NCBI GenBank assembly: GCA_021157415.1
Contig: JAGGWN010000094.1
Location: 33,892 to 97,891 of the forward strand
DNA length: 64,000 nucleotides
Reading direction: 5' to 3'
Origin: Bacteroidales bacterium
GTDB lineage: Bacteria; Bacteroidota; Bacteroidia; Bacteroidales; VadinHA17
Below are positions 47,736 to 57,492 of the stretch, in pieces. The notes beneath the pieces were generated by a model. It saw nothing but the letters and a program-made list of their open reading frames with translations. It was not told the origin of the DNA and searched no databases. Both the position numbers and the translations under genes were made by a program. How positions within the stretch are numbered: the stretch's first letter is position 1; each line of letters starts with the position of its first letter.

Positions 47736-49545
47736 CTGTAGCCGTTTCTATTTTCTTTTCCAGTACTTTTTTTTCCCCCTTTTTCTCTATGGCTAATTTC
47801 CAATACCTCACTGCTCCATTCTTATCACCTGTTTTATAGAGTATATCCCCATAATGTTCCAGTATATCCGGACTTTTATCTCCTCCGTTGTCTAAGGCTT
47901 TGCGAATATATTTCCTTGCTTCCCTTACCCTTCCCATATTAAACAGTACCCAACCATAGGTATCAAGAAATGTACTGTTATTTGGTTCCTTTTTTATTGT
48001 TATCGCACTCATTTCTAATGCCTTCTTCAGTTTATCTTTGCGCAAAGACAAATAATAACTGTAATTATTCAATAAATACGTATTTTCCGGATCGATTTTC
48101 AATCCCTCTTCAAAGGCCTGGTCTGATTTCCTGTACTGTTGCAGATTCTTATATCCTTCACCGAGATATCCATACAATTGAATAATAATAGTTTTGTAAT
48201 CTATTCCGGTTTCCTTTTCCACATAATTCACACCCTTCTGTAAGGCCATTTTCAGTCCGTCCCCTGCATATTGTATTACTTTATTGTTTTCCTCTTTCCC
48301 TATGTATGCCGAACAAATATAAACATAAAACAAAGGATCGTTCTTAAATATTTTCATGCCTTTCTCCGCATAATAAACCACAGTGTCCGGCATTTGCATT
48401 TTTTCAGAAATGTACAGTATTTGTTGCCAACCTATTTTAAATCCCGGATATTTTAAAATCATTCTCCGTAACATATCCATTGCTTTTTCATTCTCGTCAT
48501 TTCTGTTATAATACTCCACCAATAACAACTGTGTTCTTAAATCATCTTTTTCTTTTTTATATACTTCCATTGCTAATTTCCCTACTTCACGCTCATACGC
48601 ATTTAATTCTTTATCTGTTATCAATTTAAACATGTAATCCAGTTTCCTGTTTTGGGATATTTGATCACTATTAATTATATATTCCAGTCTTTTCAATGCT
48701 TTATCATACTTTTTTCTCCTCATATACCATTCATATACAGCCATATTAACTTCAGGATCTATATTGTATTGCCCGATAAGTACCTCATATATTTTTTCAG
48801 CTTCTTCACTATTTTCCATATTTTGGAGTATATCTGCCTTCATGAGCAATAGCTCTTTATTCTCTCCAACAATATCGCTGGCTTTCCCAATTTCATTCAG
48901 TGCTTTTTCATATTTTCCATTTTCTCTGTAAGCCCGAATTATTTTCTTTTCCACCTCCAGGGATTTTCCATATTTTCCCTCAATTTCCAAATACACTTTC
49001 AGGGCTTTTTCAGGTTGTTTATTATTCAGATACAAATCTCCTAATGTAATTTTATCCTTCACCCGCTTCGGAAATTCTTTTACTATTCTTTCATAAACGC
49101 TGACCAAACTATCTCCTTCACCTAACATCTGAAATTCACTCGCCAGCTGATAATAATACCATATATTTCCCGGGTCTTTCTGCAAAGCCATTTCCCCGTA
49201 TTTAACAGCCACTTTTCCCTGGCCGCTAATCGCCAATATTCCGCTTATCTGATATTCTACCGCATCATCTGCTTTTATTTTCTCACATTCAAGAAAATAC
49301 TTCATCGCATTTTTATAGCTTCCGAAAATTTTTTGTTTTAATGCCTCGGTAAACAAGTAGTTAAAGTTTTGGATTTTTTCTGCACTTTCAGTTTCCTGAG
49401 TAGTTTTAATTTGTTTATTTTCCTTTACCGGCACAATATTTCTGGAACATCCCGTGTCCAATATAATTATTCCTGCCACCGCCAAAACAACCATTATAAA
49501 ATAGTTATATCTTATTTGTTTTTTCATGCCAGTCTGTCCTTTCAT
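47719..49545 (-). CDS. Tetratricopeptide-repeat protein
   Basis: 608 aa. N-terminal anchor, then many 34-aa TPR-like units (A..Y..A/L....P pattern throughout). Confidence 0.75.
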   Translation of the reverse strand: MKGQTGMKKQIRYNYFIMVVLAVAGIIILDTGCSRNIVPVKENKQIKTTQETESAEKIQNFNYLFTEALKQKIFGSYKNAMKYFLECEKIKADDAVEYQISGILAISGQGKVAVKYGEMALQKDPGNIWYYYQLASEFQMLGEGDSLVSVYERIVKEFPKRVKDKITLGDLYLNNKQPEKALKVYLEIEGKYGKSLEVEKKIIRAYRENGKYEKALNEIGKASDIVGENKELLLMKADILQNMENSEEAEKIYEVLIGQYNIDPEVNMAVYEWYMRRKKYDKALKRLEYIINSDQISQNRKLDYMFKLITDKELNAYEREVGKLAMEVYKKEKDDLRTQLLLVEYYNRNDENEKAMDMLRRMILKYPGFKIGWQQILYISEKMQMPDTVVYYAEKGMKIFKNDPLFYVYICSAYIGKEENNKVIQYAGDGLKMALQKGVNYVEKETGIDYKTIIIQLYGYLGEGYKNLQQYRKSDQAFEEGLKIDPENTYLLNNYSYYLSLRKDKLKKALEMSAITIKKEPNNSTFLDTYGWVLFNMGRVREARKYIRKALDNGGDKSPDILEHYGDILYKTGDKNGAVRYWKLAIEKKGEKKVLEKKIETATGEKIL

Positions 49546-49991
49546 TTTTTCCCCGTATGACCGAAACCCCCGTTTCCCCGATCAGTGTTATTCAGATTAT
49601 TCACCTTTTGCCATATAACTTTTTCATGTCTTGCAACAACCATCTGGCAAATCCTGTCACCGTTATTGAGAATAAAATCTTCTTTTCCGTGATTTATAAT
49701 AATTATTCCTACTTCTCCGCGGTAATCAGCATCAATGGTACCCGGGGTATTCAGCACCGTCAGACCGTGTTTCAATGCCAAACCACTTCTTGGCCTTATC
49801 TGTGCCTCATACCCAACCGGCAGTTCGATATATATTCCAGTATGTACCAACCGGATCTCACCTGGTTTAATGACCAGTCTCTCATTCAGGTTAGCCCGAA
49901 TATCCATGCCTGCAGCATGTTCAGATCCATACTCAGGCTCCGGGTTTTTCGATTTATTTATAATTTTTACCTCTAATTCTTTTCCTCCCAT
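49542..49991 (-). CDS. dut: dUTP diphosphatase
   Basis: 149 aa. AAGMDIRA, RPRSGLALKHG, NTPGTIDADYRGEVGIIIIN, GDRICQMV, RGNGGFGHTG. Confidence 0.95.
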   Translation of the reverse strand: MGGKELEVKIINKSKNPEPEYGSEHAAGMDIRANLNERLVIKPGEIRLVHTGIYIELPVGYEAQIRPRSGLALKHGLTVLNTPGTIDADYRGEVGIIIINHGKEDFILNNGDRICQMVVARHEKVIWQKVNNLNNTDRGNGGFGHTGKK

Positions 49992-51466
49992 GTTCTGTTT
50001 TTTATATTTTTTCTTTCCCTCTTCATAAGTATTAAAATCAGTCCCGCCAGTATTGTATCATATAATAAAATCCGTAAAACACTCCCTTCCGGAGAGAAAT
50101 ACAACACCGTAGCTATAAAAACAACAAATATAAGGGTATGAATGAATATTTTCTTTATTTGATATGAAATATAATATTTTTTACTGCCTATATACCATGA
50201 CAGAGAGACCATGACCACATAAGCCCCAACGTGTCCCCAGGCTGAAGCAACATATCCGAAAGAGGGAATGAACAATAGATTTATCGCTATGGTCATGACC
50301 AGTCCGGCACCATTCAGTACAATTGCAAAACGTGTAAGATCATTGATTTTATACCATACAGAAAGATTTATAAACACTCCGAATAATAGATTTGCTGCCA
50401 AAACTACAGGAACTATCTTCAGGCCACCCCAATAATCCGGTCCAATCAAATATTTCACAATATCAAGATTAATAATAATACCCAGATAAATGATGAAACC
50501 AAACAGGATATAATACCTCATTACGGTAGCATACAGCGGCTTGGCATTTTTTGTACGGGCATGTCTGAAAAAAAAAGGTTCAACAGCATACCGGAACATT
50601 TGAATAAACAAGGTCATCAATACCGCCACTTTGTAATTGGCTCCGTAAATTCCAAGAAGTCTCAATCCCTCGTCTCCGGTATAAAATCTTTTCAGTATTA
50701 TTTTATCCAACGAATCATTTAATATACCAAACAATCCGGCAATCATCAACGGAAGACCATAGAGAAGCATTTTTCTGACCACCTCCTTATTGTAATACAG
50801 CCTTATTCCTTTATTTTCAATCATAACGAGTATAAGGCTGACGATACTCCCTGCCAGGTTTGCAATAAAAACATAACCTACACCGATTTTTTCGTTGTAG
50901 ATATATTTTACGAAACTTTCCGGATTATTTTTCAGTATTTCAGGAATAAAATAGAGGTATAAAAAAACAAGTACAATTATAATCCCCACATTTATCAACT
51001 TAATGAACCCGAATTTTAGTCCTTTATTTTCAAGGCGCAACCGGGCAAACGGAACTGCAGAAAAGGCATCAACGGCCACGATAAGGCTGAAAAACAAAAT
51101 ATACTCCGGGTGATTTGCATAGTCCATGATTTCAGCAACCGGCCTTAGAAAAATAATGATCCCTATCATAAAAAAAGCTGAAGTAAAAGCCATAGTTATC
51201 ACAGAAGAAGAATAGATATTGTCCTTTTTCTCGGCATGGCTGGCATACCTGAAATAAGCTGTTTCCATACCATAGGTAAGCACAACGAGTAAGACGGCCA
51301 TCCAGGCATATAACTCCGTAACAATGCCATACGATGTCAAACCCAACACCCTTGTATAAAACGGGGTTAATATTGCATAGTTTAAGAACCTGGGAACAAT
51401 GGTGCCAAGACCGTACAAAACAGTCTGACCTGCCAGTTCTTTTATGGGGTTCCCCTCTTGTTTCAC
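49973..51466 (-). CDS. Oligosaccharide flippase family (Wzx/MOP superfamily) membrane protein
   Basis: 497 aa with about 14 predicted TM helices. N-terminus GTIVPRFLNYAILTPFYTRVL is typical of polysaccharide biosynthesis (PF01943/PF13440-type) proteins. Confidence 0.7.
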   Translation of the reverse strand: MKQEGNPIKELAGQTVLYGLGTIVPRFLNYAILTPFYTRVLGLTSYGIVTELYAWMAVLLVVLTYGMETAYFRYASHAEKKDNIYSSSVITMAFTSAFFMIGIIIFLRPVAEIMDYANHPEYILFFSLIVAVDAFSAVPFARLRLENKGLKFGFIKLINVGIIIVLVFLYLYFIPEILKNNPESFVKYIYNEKIGVGYVFIANLAGSIVSLILVMIENKGIRLYYNKEVVRKMLLYGLPLMIAGLFGILNDSLDKIILKRFYTGDEGLRLLGIYGANYKVAVLMTLFIQMFRYAVEPFFFRHARTKNAKPLYATVMRYYILFGFIIYLGIIINLDIVKYLIGPDYWGGLKIVPVVLAANLLFGVFINLSVWYKINDLTRFAIVLNGAGLVMTIAINLLFIPSFGYVASAWGHVGAYVVMVSLSWYIGSKKYYISYQIKKIFIHTLIFVVFIATVLYFSPEGSVLRILLYDTILAGLILILMKRERKNIKNRTWEEKN

Positions 51467-52344
51467 TTTAGATTTTTTCTTACGTATTTGCTTTTCGTAT
51501 CAACATGCATAGTGGCTATGATTCCTGTTTCCTTTTTTATCTCTTTAAATAATTTTTTGGTCAGCTCTGTCGATTCCTTCAGCGTAAATTTTTCAGGTAA
51601 AACGATATGAAACGTCATCTCGGTATGTCTTCCGTATTTATGAATATGAAAATGATGCATATGTAAATCTTTTCCATAAATTTTTTTCCCGATTTTTTTC
51701 ATTTTTTTTATGGTTTCTTCATCCACTGCTTCGCCAAGTAAGGGTAACACCGCATTTTTAATGATCTTGTAAGAAACATATATTAAATAAAAAGAAAGCA
51801 TGGCTGTCAGTAAGCCGTCCATCCACCATAATTTTCTACTGAAGAAAATGCCAATCAATATAACCAGGGATGAGATCGCATCCGATCGGTGGTGCCATCC
51901 ATCGGCAATCAGGGCATCTGATTTTATCTTATTCCCGGTGCGTATCGAAAATTGAGACAAGATCTCTTTCATCACAACAGATATTGACATTACTATAATG
52001 CCAATCTTACCGTACAGAGCCCCCCGATGACTCACCAGCCTGTGTGCTGCTTCCTGTCCGAACTCAAAAGAGACCATTATCAGAAAAAATCCGACAAAAA
52101 TAGCTGCAACGGTTTCGGCCCTGCCATGTCCGAAGGGGTGCTCCCTGTCGGCAGGTTTTCTGCTCCATTGCATACCGGCCATAACAATAACGGTGGAAAT
52201 ACAATCAGACAAAGTATGCCATCCGTCCGCCCGTAACGCAAGGGATTCTGTCACATAGCCGGCCCATATCTTCAGCGCAAATAAAATGATATTTACACCA
52301 AAAGATATCCAGACGACCACCATTCCCTTTTTTATCTCATCCAA
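51463..52344 (-). CDS. Cation diffusion facilitator family transporter
   Basis: 293 aa. ESLALRADGWHTLSDCIST...HPFGHGRAE...DGWHHRSDAISS, six TM helices plus a cytoplasmic C-domain. Confidence 0.85.
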   Translation of the reverse strand: MDEIKKGMVVVWISFGVNIILFALKIWAGYVTESLALRADGWHTLSDCISTVIVMAGMQWSRKPADREHPFGHGRAETVAAIFVGFFLIMVSFEFGQEAAHRLVSHRGALYGKIGIIVMSISVVMKEILSQFSIRTGNKIKSDALIADGWHHRSDAISSLVILIGIFFSRKLWWMDGLLTAMLSFYLIYVSYKIIKNAVLPLLGEAVDEETIKKMKKIGKKIYGKDLHMHHFHIHKYGRHTEMTFHIVLPEKFTLKESTELTKKLFKEIKKETGIIATMHVDTKSKYVRKNLK

Positions 52345-52448
52345 ATTGTAGCGTGTTTAAAAGTATTTCATCTTGTAAATATCGTATATATTTCTAAATT
52401 TTCACGGTTAGTTTTTGATTATACAAAAGAGTTTCTTTCTTTATTTCT

Positions 52449-52826
52449 ATGGTTCAATCCGGGATTATCTTAATTTTGCAAAAAATATTCTCCATGTGGT
52501 CAGACTGGCATCAACTTACCGTTTATCTTAAAAATACTTTTTCCATTAAGGGAGATCTTTTATCTGTATTGTTTCTTGTGGGTATTCAGGAAGCCGGAAC
52601 CGGCTTCCGCGAATATACTCAAGATGAAAAAACCGGACTTATCAAGCTGGCCAAATATACTTTGTTATCCCTTGCCGGGTATTTTCAGAAAATTGAATTG
52701 GCAGACAGGGATCCCCTGTTTATTCCAAGCGAAAAAAAATCTTTGCCCGGTAACCCGGATCAGATAGAAACGATTCTTAAAAATGAACTTCTGGCCTATT
52801 TTAATAATACTACCTTCTCATTATGA
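52449..52826 (+). CDS. Hypothetical protein
   Basis: 125-aa ORF ending in ATGA overlap with the PPIase gene. No recognisable motif. Alternative ATG at 52494. Confidence 0.4.
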   Translation: MVQSGIILILQKIFSMWSDWHQLTVYLKNTFSIKGDLLSVLFLVGIQEAGTGFREYTQDEKTGLIKLAKYTLLSLAGYFQKIELADRDPLFIPSEKKSLPGNPDQIETILKNELLAYFNNTTFSL

Positions 52827-53668
52827 AATATTTTACATCCTTTTTCATCATTTTCATGCTCCTGGTTACATTTCCGGAATGTAAAGGTCCAAAATCATCA
52901 AACATGGAAAAAAACATTTCTTCTTCAGAGCATTATTATGTAACTTTTCACACTACCTCCGGTGATATTACAGTAAAACTTTCCAATGATACTCCACGGC
53001 ATCGTGACAACTTCTTAAAGCTTACCGAAAAGGGTTATTTTAACGGTGTATTGTTTCACCGGGTGATTCAGGATTTCATGATCCAGTCGGGGGATCCGGA
53101 CTCAAAAAATGCACCGAAAGGCAAGCTTTTGGGCAATGGTGGTCCAGGATATACCATCCCGGCAGAGATCTGTAAAAACCTTTTCCATAAGAAGGGTGCA
53201 CTTGCTGCAGCCAGAACCGGAGATCGTGCAAATCCGGAAAGGGCCTCATCAGGATCCCAGTTTTATATTGTTCAGGGCAAAACCTTTTTAGATGCCGAAC
53301 TGAATCAGATAGAAAAAAGAATCAACCAGTCCAACCGGAAAAACATCTATTATTATTTTCAGAAACAAGTAGCTGCCGAAATGAAAAATTCCTCCAGGCC
53401 AGTTGATCTACAACAGGTTAATCAGGAAGCTATGATCAGAGCTACTGACTCATTGGATAAATATATTCCTTTCAGGTTTGGTGAAAGGCAAAGGAATGTT
53501 TATAAAACCACCGGAGGGACTCCCCATCTCGACGCAGCATATACCGTTTTCGGAGAAGTGGTCAAGGGCCTGGACATAGTGGATAAAATCGCTTCTGTCT
53601 CAACGGATAATAACGACCGTCCTTTTGAGGATATAAAGATATTGCATGCTACAGTAACCCGTAAATAA
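52823..53668 (+). CDS. Cyclophilin-type peptidyl-prolyl cis-trans isomerase, secreted, with insertion
   Basis: 281 aa. Signal peptide. FHRVIQDFMIQSGDP, GALAAAR.GD..NPE..SSGSQFYIV, and the C-terminal DRP.EDIKI motif. About 60 aa are inserted relative to minimal PpiB. Confidence 0.9.
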   Translation: MKYFTSFFIIFMLLVTFPECKGPKSSNMEKNISSSEHYYVTFHTTSGDITVKLSNDTPRHRDNFLKLTEKGYFNGVLFHRVIQDFMIQSGDPDSKNAPKGKLLGNGGPGYTIPAEICKNLFHKKGALAAARTGDRANPERASSGSQFYIVQGKTFLDAELNQIEKRINQSNRKNIYYYFQKQVAAEMKNSSRPVDLQQVNQEAMIRATDSLDKYIPFRFGERQRNVYKTTGGTPHLDAAYTVFGEVVKGLDIVDKIASVSTDNNDRPFEDIKILHATVTRK

Positions 53669-53680
53669 ATATTATTCGCT

Positions 53681-54724
53681 ATGAATTTATTATCCGAAAT
53701 TGAAAAATATATACGAGAAGTTCAGGAATTCAAAGCGGGAAATCACGAAGAATTAGAACAATTCAGGATCAGATTTCTGGGGAAAAGGGGTATTGTTCAG
53801 AAATTTTTCAAACAGTTTAAAGAAGTACCTCCCGAACATAAGAAAGAGTTCGGACAATATATTAACCAACTCAAACAACTGGCCCACGAAAAAGTTGTCA
53901 CGCTGCGCAATTCGTTAAAAAAACTCCAGACAGAACATCATTATACCGATCTGACCTTACCGGGAGATCCCTTCGTTCCGGGTAGCCGTCATCCCTTATC
54001 CCTTGTACGTAATGAAATCATTTCCATTTTTTCCAGTATAGGCTTTACAGTATCGGAAGGTCCTGAAATTGAAGATGATACGCATGTTTTTTCCAAACTT
54101 AACTTTCCTCCTGATCATCCTGCACGGGATATGCAGGATACATTTTTCATTGAAAGAGATGTGTCCGGAGGCTCCCGGAATGATGTTTTGCTTCGTACCC
54201 ACACTTCTTCGGTACAGGTACGTGTAATGGAAAATGAACAACCACCTATCCGTACCATTTCGCCAGGCAGGGTATTTCGTAACGAAGCCATCTCGGCACG
54301 TGCTCACTGTATTTTCCATCAGATTGAAGGGCTATACATCGATACCGATGTCTCCTTTGCACAATTGAAACAAACGCTTTACTATTTCTCGCGGGCATTT
54401 TTTGGTCCGGAAACCAATGTTCGTTTCAGGCCTTCTTATTTTCCATTTACCGAACCTTCTGCAGAAATGGACATAACCTGTATGCTTTGCGGTGGAAAAG
54501 GATGCAACGTATGTAAATACACCGGCTGGCTGGAAATATTAGGTTGTGGAATGGTTGATCCCAATGTACTTGAATTCAATAATATTGACAGCAATAAATA
54601 TACGGGATTTGCATTTGGTATGGGCATCGAACGGATTGCCATGTTAAAGTATCAAATCAACGACCTGCGGCTTTATTTTGAAAACGACCTAAGATTTCTG
54701 GAACAATTCTCCGCTGATTTTTAG
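53681..54724 (+). CDS. pheS: Phenylalanine--tRNA ligase alpha subunit
   Basis: 347 aa. HPL..V..EI..IF..(I)GF, DHPARDMQDTFF, LLRTHTSSVQVR, PGRVFRNE, FHQIEG, FPFTEPSAEMD, GMGIERIAML. Confidence 0.95.
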   Translation: MNLLSEIEKYIREVQEFKAGNHEELEQFRIRFLGKRGIVQKFFKQFKEVPPEHKKEFGQYINQLKQLAHEKVVTLRNSLKKLQTEHHYTDLTLPGDPFVPGSRHPLSLVRNEIISIFSSIGFTVSEGPEIEDDTHVFSKLNFPPDHPARDMQDTFFIERDVSGGSRNDVLLRTHTSSVQVRVMENEQPPIRTISPGRVFRNEAISARAHCIFHQIEGLYIDTDVSFAQLKQTLYYFSRAFFGPETNVRFRPSYFPFTEPSAEMDITCMLCGGKGCNVCKYTGWLEILGCGMVDPNVLEFNNIDSNKYTGFAFGMGIERIAMLKYQINDLRLYFENDLRFLEQFSADF

Positions 54725-54748
54725 CAAACCTGACTCAAACAAAACAAA

Positions 54749-54780
54749 CAAAGCGGATGCCGTGAACCACATCCCCTTTG
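54749..54780. terminator. Bidirectional terminator hairpin between convergent pheS and OsmC-like genes
   Basis: CAAAGCGGATG-ccgtgaacca-CATCCCCTTTG forms an 11-bp stem with one mismatch, in the 57-nt convergent gap. Confidence 0.5.
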
Positions 54781-54781
54781 T

Positions 54782-55201
54782 TTATTCGTCAAACACCTTT
54801 ATCTCGTATGTCAACTCCATCACCTTACGGTAAAGATAGCTCACGCCGCAATATCTGTCCTGACTCAGATTTACCGCTTTGTCAAGCTTATCCATCGGGA
54901 GGTCATGCCCCCAGAATTCATAGATAATATGCATTTTAGTATAATGCTTTGGATGCTCTTCGGTCACCTCAGCTTCAACCTTCACATTAAATTTTTGAAT
55001 TTCCACACGCATTTTCTGGAGTATAGAGACCACATCCATACCTGTACATCCGGCCAGAGACACCATCATTAAAGGCTTTGGCCGTGGTCCGCGATCTTTC
55101 CCACCTACATTGTCTTCTGCATCGAGAATAATCTTGTGTCCGTTTAATTCTGTTTCAAAAGCCAATCCGTCAATCCATGAAACATTTATTCCCTCTTTCA
55201 T
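54782..55201 (-). CDS. OsmC family protein
   Basis: 139 aa. ...GPRPKPLMMVSLAGCTGMDVVSIL.KMR...QDRYCGVS, with the two conserved Cys of OsmC/Ohr-like proteins. Confidence 0.85.
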   Translation of the reverse strand: MKEGINVSWIDGLAFETELNGHKIILDAEDNVGGKDRGPRPKPLMMVSLAGCTGMDVVSILQKMRVEIQKFNVKVEAEVTEEHPKHYTKMHIIYEFWGHDLPMDKLDKAVNLSQDRYCGVSYLYRKVMELTYEIKVFDE

Positions 55202-55374
55202 CTTTTCGTTTTTAAATAATCTTTATATCCCAAACTACTTTTTTATTGTATCAAATATTATGCTACAATGTTCTCATAAAAATATTTCAACTTTGGAGCT
55301 GCAAAAATATAATTTTTAATTGTAAATTGCGGAAATTCGTTCCTTACTTATATTTTTTTAATCTTAATCATTAT

Positions 55375-56082
55375 ATGAAGAAGCAGGACGAAACACCTAC
55401 TTGCGATAATTGTCTTAAAAATATCAACTCCATATTCCGGCATCTTACGCCTGATCAGATGGAATTACTTTCTTATTCAAGCATACCCCGAATTTATGAA
55501 AAAGGAGAGACGCTTTATCATGAAGGGCGCCGCATAAATGGTGTGTATTGCATAGAGAGCGGCATTGTTAAGATTTTTAAAACCGGCTTTGACGGGAAGG
55601 AACAAATCATCATGTTCGGCAAGGGGGGAGATATTATCGGGTACCGGTCTGTCCTGGCCAATGAACTTGCATGTACTACTGCCAAAATTATTGAAGAAGG
55701 TTTACTCTGCTTTATCCCCGCCAAACTTTTACTTCAGTTTGTCAAGGAAAATTCCGGTTTCAGCTATGAAATTATGAAACTTGCCTGCAAGGAACTAGGA
55801 GATGCCAATCAATACATTACCGATCTGGCACAAAAATCCGTTCGTGAACGACTGGCAGAAATACTGCTTCATCTTGCAGATAAATTCGGAATAGACCATG
55901 AAAATAACCTGAAAATCTCATTAACACGTGAAGAATTGGCAAACATTGTAGGCACAGCTACCGAATCGGTGATTCGTCTTTTATCCGATTTTAAACACTC
56001 CAAGCTTATTGATCTGCAGGGTCGCAAAATAAAGATACTGGATATGAATGGATTAAAACATATCAGTAACGCTTTTCCATAA
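55375..56082 (+). CDS. Crp/Fnr family transcriptional regulator
   Basis: The track ORF starts at 55246 in AT-rich leader. The ATG at 55375 gives a 235-aa protein with a cNMP-binding-like beta-barrel (GETLYHEGRRINGVYCIESGIVKI) and a C-terminal HTH (LTREELANIVGTATESVIRLLSDF). Confidence 0.85.
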   Translation: MKKQDETPTCDNCLKNINSIFRHLTPDQMELLSYSSIPRIYEKGETLYHEGRRINGVYCIESGIVKIFKTGFDGKEQIIMFGKGGDIIGYRSVLANELACTTAKIIEEGLLCFIPAKLLLQFVKENSGFSYEIMKLACKELGDANQYITDLAQKSVRERLAEILLHLADKFGIDHENNLKISLTREELANIVGTATESVIRLLSDFKHSKLIDLQGRKIKILDMNGLKHISNAFP

Positions 56083-56089
56083 TGATTTT

Positions 56090-56263
56090 TCAGTCCTCGA
56101 CAAAATGATTCGTGGTAATATATGTGATCAGACCTACAATAATAATCACCAAACTCCACAAAAGAATAGTATTGTGATTCCCGCCTCTTCCCATGGCAAA
56201 AATGATAAGCACAACACCTATTAGCATGATAATAAGGCCGAGTTGTTTTAATAATTCATTCAT
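56090..56263 (-). CDS. Small two-TM membrane protein (hypothetical)
   Basis: The internal ATG at 56263 of the 82-aa track ORF gives MNELLKQLGLIIMLIGVVLIIFAMGRGGNHNTILLWSLVIIIVGLITYITTNHFVED (57 aa, two hydrophobic helices). Confidence 0.4.
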   Translation of the reverse strand: MNELLKQLGLIIMLIGVVLIIFAMGRGGNHNTILLWSLVIIIVGLITYITTNHFVED

Positions 56264-56453
56264 AATCAACCTGTTTACATAATATACTTCTATAATTTTC
56301 GGGAAATAAATATATAAAAAATAATTTTGTCTTAACAATAAAGCAATTTTATCAACGCAATTTCTTTATTACACTGCATCAAAAACTTTCAGAGAAAGTA
56401 TAAACCTCACTTCCAGGAAAGGAATGCACTACTCCATGTCCGACTTTTGCGGA

Positions 56454-57479
56454 TTAAAATAATACTCCCGTACCTGACAAAAAATCTTTCCCAAAATGCT
56501 GATATGCCAGTTCAGTCAATTCTCTTCCCCTGGGAGTTCTCTTGACAAATCCTTCTTTAATCAGAAATGGTTCGTACACTTCTTCAATAGTTCCGGCATC
56601 TTCTCCCACGGCCGTGGCTATTGTATTAAGCCCTACCGGTCCCCCTTTGAATTTATCCATAATGGTACGAAGTATTTTATTATCCATTTCATCCAGGCCA
56701 TGTCTGTCTATATTTAAGGCTTCCAGAGCATACTTTGTAATTTTCATATCAATGATTCCGTTTCCTTTAACCTGGGCAAAGTCTCTTACTCTTCTGAGAA
56801 GAGCATTGGCAACTCTTGGTGTTCCCCGGCTGCGTGAGGCAATTTCGTCAGCGGCATCACCATGAATTTTTATTTTTAAAATACCAGCAGAGCGTATGAT
56901 GATTTTACGAATTACTCCTTTATCATAATATTCCAGATGAAAAGTGATACCAAATCTTTCACGTAAAGGATTTGTGAGTAAGCCGCTGCGCGTTGTTGCA
57001 CCTACAAGTGTAAAGGGGTTAAGACTAAGGCGCACACTGCGCGCACTGGGTCCTTTATCAATCATTATGTCGATCTTATAATCTTCCATAGCAGAATACA
57101 GATATTCCTCTACTACAGGTGATAACCGGTGTATTTCATCAATAAACAAAACATCTTTTACCTCAAGCGATGTCAATAATCCGGCCAGATCCCCCGGTTT
57201 GTCCAAAACAGGACCTGAAGTGGTTTTAATATTCACCCGTAATTCATTGGCCACGATCCGTGCCAGGGTTGTTTTTCCCAATCCCGGAGGCCCGTGAAAC
57301 AATACATGATCCAATGCTTCTTCACGCATGGCTGCCGCCTGAACAAATACTTTAAGATTATCAATGACGCCGGTTTGCCCCGTAAACTCCCCGAAACTAG
57401 TTGGTCTGAGTTTATTCTCATATTCCCGGTCATCCGGAACATAAGATAGATCATGTATATTAACTTCCTCTTCAGCCAT
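56454..57479 (-). CDS. ruvB: Holliday junction branch migration DNA helicase RuvB
   Basis: 341 aa. [12 protein letters not shown], Walker [12 protein letters not shown], Walker [26 protein letters not shown]. Confidence 0.95.
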   Translation of the reverse strand: MAEEEVNIHDLSYVPDDREYENKLRPTSFGEFTGQTGVIDNLKVFVQAAAMREEALDHVLFHGPPGLGKTTLARIVANELRVNIKTTSGPVLDKPGDLAGLLTSLEVKDVLFIDEIHRLSPVVEEYLYSAMEDYKIDIMIDKGPSARSVRLSLNPFTLVGATTRSGLLTNPLRERFGITFHLEYYDKGVIRKIIIRSAGILKIKIHGDAADEIASRSRGTPRVANALLRRVRDFAQVKGNGIIDMKITKYALEALNIDRHGLDEMDNKILRTIMDKFKGGPVGLNTIATAVGEDAGTIEEVYEPFLIKEGFVKRTPRGRELTELAYQHFGKDFLSGTGVLF

Positions 57480-57492
57480 GATACAATTAAAA

